Shown: piece after piece, positions 59,201-64,000 of the stretch
How positions within the stretch are numbered: the stretch's first letter is position 1
Layout: the number at the start of each line of letters is the position of its first letter
NCBI GenBank assembly: GCA_013239625.1
Contig: MU053352.1
Span: forward strand, 815,079-879,078
DNA from: Lama guanicoe
Taxonomy: Eukaryota
DNA length: 64,000 nucleotides
Direction: 5' to 3'
Translations under genes and position numbers: made by a program
The notes under the pieces: model-generated
Told to the model about the DNA's origin: nothing
The model's input: only the letters and a program-made list of their open reading frames with translations
Databases searched by the model: none

Positions 59201-62200
59201 GGTCAGAGGCCATGGCCTACCACGCTGGGTCCCAGCCAGCCTGCCTGCCTGCCCGTAGTCCTAGTGTCCTGAGAACCAGCAGCAGTATTTGTGCAGACTG
59301 GGGACAGGGAACAGGCCAGGGGGCATCCAGGAGGCCTGCTGGGAGACTGTTGTCACCCCTGGAGGGCCCAAGCTGGCTTCTGGGTTGGCAGAACCCTCCT
59401 CCTCATCCAGAATGTCTTTCTGCCCCACTCACCTAGCGGCATGATGGAGAGGTATTTCCCCCGGAACTTGCTGGAGATGGTGATCTCCTGCCAGAGGCTC
59501 CAGCCATACTTGGAGAACACATAGTGGGCAGCAGAGGGCGGGTGGTGGCTCACCTGGGAACAGATCCACAGGATATGAGCATCTGCTGGACATGGCCCAG
59601 GCCTGCCCCCAGCCAGCTGGGGCCAGCCTGCCCTGTGCCCAGTGTGAATGGTCCTGTGGCCCTGGGAGCCATGGATCTACAGCAGGGGCCCTCACCCTCT
59701 GCCCTAGAAAGGACAGTGCAAGGCCATGGGAGCAGCCTGGGTGGCTGGTGGCGGGCACCGCAAGCACCGCAGGCCTGAGACCTGGGCTGGGGTGTCTGCA
59801 CACCTGACTCTTGGGCTGTGAAATGGAGGTGATGACTGAGCTGTGACAAGCTGTGCTGAGGGTGAATAAAGCGAGGGCAGTTGGCCCTGCCAGGGGCTTC
59901 ATGCCCACTTTCTGAAACGTTAACCTGCCCACTTCCCTGAGGAGGCCCAGACCAGGGAAGCCATTTCAACCGAGGGGCAGAGATGGACAGGTTGCAGAGC
60001 CAGTGTCCCACCTCAGCCCCAGTGGTGGTGAGGCCAGCTGTGCCTGCCCAGTGCCTCCAGCCCTTCCTTTCCAGCACTGGGTGCCCTGACCCTGATCTCG
60101 CCGGCCAGGTACTGCTGTCAACCTTCCCTTGTCTGCTCCTCCTCGTGTGGCTCCTTTGGTCACCGGGTTAGGGCTCAGCCTCTCCCAGCCCCCCCACTTC
60201 CTCAGGCAACTCCCGGACTCGCCCCGGAACTGCAGCTGTGGGCTCCAGCTTCACTGGACACCTCTGCTAGGCTCCTCAGATAGCCCGGGGCTCCTGACAT
60301 GCCCTGTAAGTGACACCCCCACTTCCTCCCTACGTCTCAGAAGCACAAGCCTGCCAGCAGCTCCTGTGTGATGAGTGAGCTATTCCTGCACCTGCCTGAT
60401 AACCTGTGGCCGGGGCCTCCCTAGAGCCCACCCAGCAGCCAACTCAGGACGTGACCCCAAAGACCTGGCCCTGGAGCTCTGCGTCATCACCTTCTCGGGC
60501 AGATGGTCTGGTGGGTCCAGCTGCTCACACCAAATGCTCCAGAGTCATCCCTGGCCTCTCTTTGTCATGCTCCTCACTTAATCTTTAGCAAATCCTAGCT
60601 GTTCTTCCTTCAAAACAGCATCCAGAATCCACCCACTCCCCCATCTTGACTCCAGGCCACTGTGGATGGTGCAAAAGCCTCACCAGCTTCCCTGCCCCAC
60701 CCTTAGGAGCCTCCTCTGCACTCTCCCTGTGTCAGCTGGGGGAGGTCCCCATAAAACAAGTCCCTGAAGTCCCCATAAAACTGCCTCCTCTTCCCTCTCG
60801 TGACCCCCATGCAGAGAAAAGCCAGAGGCCTCCTGACGCCGCCCCCTCCTCTCTGACCTCTTTTCTGCCTCACACTGCATCAGCCAAACCGCTCCCAGAC
60901 CACCCCCTTTCTAACAGCCAGAACCATCCACATACACAGTACCTGTTCCCCACCCCCCGCCCTGTGAGAAAAGCCACCCATCTGCACCCTCAACACCATC
61001 TGAAACACCGTGGATACTTGCTCAGCTCTGTTCGACGACGAAATGCACTTACTTCAGGCCAGGAACTCTAGGATCATCCTTGCCTTCCCCAGCCTCCCTC
61101 CCCACATCCAAATCATCAACGAATCCCTAGCTCTGCCTTACAAAGGTGCTGATCTCCCACCTTCCTGGTCGGACCTCCTTCAGGTACAAACAGCAGGCAG
61201 AGCATGCCTTTTAAACCAGATTTAGGAATGTCTCTGCCTTCTGAGCTCAACCCCCGGAATCAGAGCAGGGCCTGGGGCACAACAGACACTCAGCAGCAGC
61301 CGGACCCAGAATCTGTCCTGGGCGTCTTTCCACAGCACCCGCTTGGGGCCTCCCAGCACCCAGTGAAGCACCCACAGAATCCCCCGCTTCAGATAGAGAT
61401 GCCAGGGCTCAGGCTGAAATGCCACTGCTGAGGCTCCCAGCCTATGGAGCCTGGTGTTGGCTCTGCCTCATGGGGAGAACACATGTCCCTGTGGGGAAGG
61501 CCTGGAGGGAGGGATGGAGAGGATGGAGGCCCACTGACCCGTGGCCCAGGGCAGGACCCGGGGCTCCTCACACTCCCAGCCTCCACCGTCACTGTCCATG
61601 GCCTCACGGAGCACAGGCTGCTCCCTGCCTGCCACTTTTCAGCTCAGTGGTGACCCCGTGCTCTAGTCCACCTGACTCCCCAATGGTGCTCTGTAAATGC
61701 CCCTCCGCCACGGCCTGAGGAGTCCTCCCCTTCCCCCATGCCAGACCTGACTTTCCTTACCCAGCTCTCCTTCCACACAGCCCTCACTGTCCCCGGGAGA
61801 CCAGCTCCATGGTGCAGCCAGTACCTGCCCCCATCACAGGAGGCCCAGCTGCCAGATGGGACCTTGGCTTGATGGCCCCTTTCTGTGTCCCATTTGTCTG
61901 GCTCCGACCTCCAGGCCGGACTGTGTGTGGGCCTTACCTGCTCACACAGGGAGCGCAGGCCCATGTCATCCAGACGGTCCAGCTCAAAGGTCTCGCCCAG
62001 CATCGGGTTGAAGGGCTTGGCGATGCGGTGCACGGTGGTGGAGTAGGAGGACACGGAGAAGGCGGCCACCAGGCACATCTGCTCCACTGAGCTGGTGCAG
62101 TGCACCGCCTTGTCCAGCAGGTGGTGGTACTCCAGGTCCTCCGTCAGCCGCTGGAGCATGGACAGGGGCTCATTAAAGTTGACCTGTGGGCAGGCAGGAG

Positions 62201-63444
62201 AGAGTCAGGTCAGGGTGTCTGGGTTGGGCGTCCGCTGCTCCCAGCACAACAGACCTGGGGTCAGTCCGCACAGTGCCCTCAGAGATGTCACCGCTCAGAC
62301 CACCTTCACAGTGAGGCTCCTCTGGTGACCTCAAACCGCAGCCCCACTCCTCACCTGCCTCCGGGCCCTCACCACTGTCTGACCTGCTGGCGTCTTGCAG
62401 ACTTTTATTACATTTCCTGTCAGTCTCCCTTCCTGGGATGTGAATGCCAGGAAGGCCAGGGTTTCTGGCTTATTTTGGCAGTGCGTCATAGGAATCAGTG
62501 AACGAGTGAACAGATGAAGTGGGTCTTCCTCATATTGAGCTATTATGCAATTTTTCTATCCTGGTCACACAGTGAAACCAAGTCTGGCCTAGAACCCCCA
62601 GCTCCCTCTCCATGGAGATGCCACTGTGGTCCAGCACCACGAGGATGCCAGCCCTGCCCTCAGCCCGGTGGTGACCTCGCTGGGGTAGGCACTTGGGGCA
62701 GTGCCCAGCATGGAGGAGGGCCCACCTGGCCCCACACAGCCCAGTCCTGCTGCTCCCCCTCTGTGAGGCGGGAGGTGCTCTGCAGGTCCCTACGTCTGAT
62801 CAGCACAGAACCCCTCCTGGCTCCTTCCCTCTGAGCCTGAGCCCTCAGCTCCAGGGGGATTTCGGCAGTGCCAATGAACATGATTCTGTAATGCATTCCG
62901 TGCTCCTCAGGTGTCATTAAGAAGATGACACCCAGGGCTGCCTGTAATTCCCATGGGCCATTACTGCTGTCCACGCACAAGGAAAGCTCCACAGGACACC
63001 CACCCTGTCCCGGCACCCCGCTGCGCCCCCTACCGGCATGGGGATCTTAGAGAGCTCCCGGCCGATGCAGTTCTTCATGATGCTCCAGAGGTTAAGGCTG
63101 TAGTTGGGCTTGTCAGGGATGCGGACACGCCTCTTGACTTTGGAGGGGCCCTTGGGGACAAGCGAGGCGCCATCCAGCACCTGCCAGAGAAGCAGAGTGT
63201 GCCTGTCAGCAGAGGCCAGAGCATCTCCTCAGCCCCCTAGGCCTTGCCCTGGCTGTGACCTGGGTGCTGGCACGTGGCTGGGGGGAGAGGCAGACTCTTC
63301 CTGAGTTCAGATGAAGGCATCCAGGGTGAGGGGCCTGAACTCCCCAAGTGCCAACCTCCCCCTCGGCCCCTCTCAGGGTCCCCCCTCCTTACATTGTCTG
63401 ATGAGGTCCAGTCCACAGAGCCTGTGGTCCCACCCTCAGCTTTT
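50125..63444 (-). CDS. OSBP2: Oxysterol-binding protein 2 (ORP4), 3' part: last nine coding exons covering the OSBP-related domain; 5' exons lie beyond the window
   Basis: complement join(63444-63393,63180-63034,62183-61938,59553-59433,59183-59080,59008-58913,58829-58645,50692-50466,50267-50125). OSBP fingerprint EQVSHHPP spans a junction; [21 protein letters not shown] and C-terminus WHMCPNIF*. Confidence 0.97.
50466..50692 (-). CDS. OSBP2: OSBP2 penultimate exon (ENAENMYYF...[11 protein letters not shown]...CGAEE)
   Basis: ccgcag| ... g|gtgagg. Confidence 0.95.
51607..51726 (+). mobile_element. tRNA-derived SINE, camelid vic-1-like, long form
   Basis: tagctcaagtgg A box, ggttcaatccc B box, tail taaacctaattac; 16-bp TSD aaaagaagtatattaa (51590-51605) / aaaagaggtatactaa (51727-51742). 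Confidence 0.9.
53040..54335 (-). mobile_element. Younger 5'-truncated LINE-1 (ORF2 C-terminus plus 3' UTR)
   Basis: Minus translation [52 protein letters not shown] matches the L1 ORF2 cysteine-rich C-terminal region; AATAAA on - at 53040-53045. Confidence 0.9.
58645..58829 (-). CDS. OSBP2: OSBP2 exon ([10 protein letters not shown]...LLWKKYPLP)
   Basis: ccacag| ... cc|gtgagt. Confidence 0.95.
58913..59008 (-). CDS. OSBP2: OSBP2 exon ([10 protein letters not shown]...KEVARK)
   Basis: caccag| ... aag|gtaagc. Confidence 0.95.
59080..59183 (-). CDS. OSBP2: OSBP2 exon ([16 protein letters not shown]...GKLWIDQ)
   Basis: ctacag| ... cag|gtcagg. Confidence 0.95.
59433..59553 (-). CDS. OSBP2: OSBP2 exon ([10 protein letters not shown]...LSIMPL)
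   Basis: tcccag| ... g|gtgagt. Confidence 0.95.
61938..62183 (-). CDS. OSBP2: OSBP2 exon ([12 protein letters not shown]...RSLCEQ)
   Basis: ccacag| ... cag|gtaagg. Confidence 0.96.
62395..62515 (+). mobile_element. LINE-2 3' end fragment
   Basis: tgtcagtctcccttcctgggatgtgaatgccaggaaggccagg...gtgaacgagtgaacagatga L2-like tail. Confidence 0.5.
63034..63180 (-). CDS. OSBP2: OSBP2 exon (VLDGASLV...[19 protein letters not shown])
   Basis: tggcag| ... ccg|gtaggg. Confidence 0.96.
63393..63444 (-). CDS. OSBP2: OSBP2 52-nt exon ([17 protein letters not shown])
   Basis: ccacag| ... aat|gtaagg; phase fits the next exon. Confidence 0.88.
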
Positions 63445-63884
63445 CTGTGGCAAACACAAGAGGGAAGGCAAGTTATTTACAAATCCTGAGGCCTCCCAGG
63501 GACCTATCCAGCCCTTGGTGAGGTCCGAAGGGCAGCCCACATCTCCAACAGGGGCTTCTCCGGTTCAGGACTCAGGTGGGGCTGAGGGACTCGGGTCAGC
63601 GATTTGGAGGGGCTCCCACCCACTGACAACAGCTGCTGCTGCTGTCCAGCAAAGTCCTCACCAGGGGCCCCTGCTCTGGAATGCTGACCCTGGACGCAGA
63701 GGAGCCAAGGGGTGGGCATCTTGGAGAGAGCCCCATGGAGCTCCGCGGGCCCCCTCTGCCACAGACAGACCCCACTGTGTCCCCTGTGCTGGTTTGATTC
63801 CTGCACTGGACTGAGGTTGGGAAGGGAAGGAAGCGGGTCAGGTGCATCTCTGTTTCCAGGAACACCTGTGGCGAGATGGGGGCC

Positions 63885-63903
63885 AGAGCAGCAGGGGGCG
63901 CTA
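63885..63903 (+). promoter_or_regulatory. CTCF-like motif in an OSBP2 intron
   Basis: AGAGCAGCAGGGGGCGCTA versus consensus TGGCCACCAGGGGGCGCTA. Confidence 0.5.
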
Positions 63904-64000
63904 TGGCTGTGGGTCAGAAGCTTGAGGGCCCAGGCAGGGTGCTCTATTTGGGCATTTTTGATTTAAGTAAGAACAGAACCAATCTAAGCAAAAACACCAT

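Overview
Mammalian genomic DNA, most likely a camelid (three vic-1-like tRNA-derived SINEs). The + strand carries the complete MORC2 gene: CpG-island promoter at the left edge and 26 coding exons from ATG 1264 to TAA 36133. All introns are GT-AG, and the joined CDS is 3099 nt (1032 aa). The - strand carries the last nine coding exons and 3' UTR of OSBP2 (ORP4), convergent with MORC2. Between the genes lie an orphan CpG island (~40.6-41.35 kb) with NRF1/E-box motifs, a good CTCF motif and a block of old LINE-1. The best lead is a four-exon antisense unit running from that island to a minus-strand AATAAA in the distal MORC2 3' UTR. It sits where human MORC2-AS1 is, contains a spliced 59-aa ORF and shows possible decayed protein-coding sequence. 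Next best is a perfect splice donor in MORC2 intron 1 shared by a 307-nt stop-containing exon and a 6-nt in-frame microexon. Exon boundaries were read by hand; repeat boundaries and family names are approximate; no database search was run and comparisons to human are from memory. Nothing prokaryotic (CRISPR, operons) is present, and most of the ORF track is spurious.
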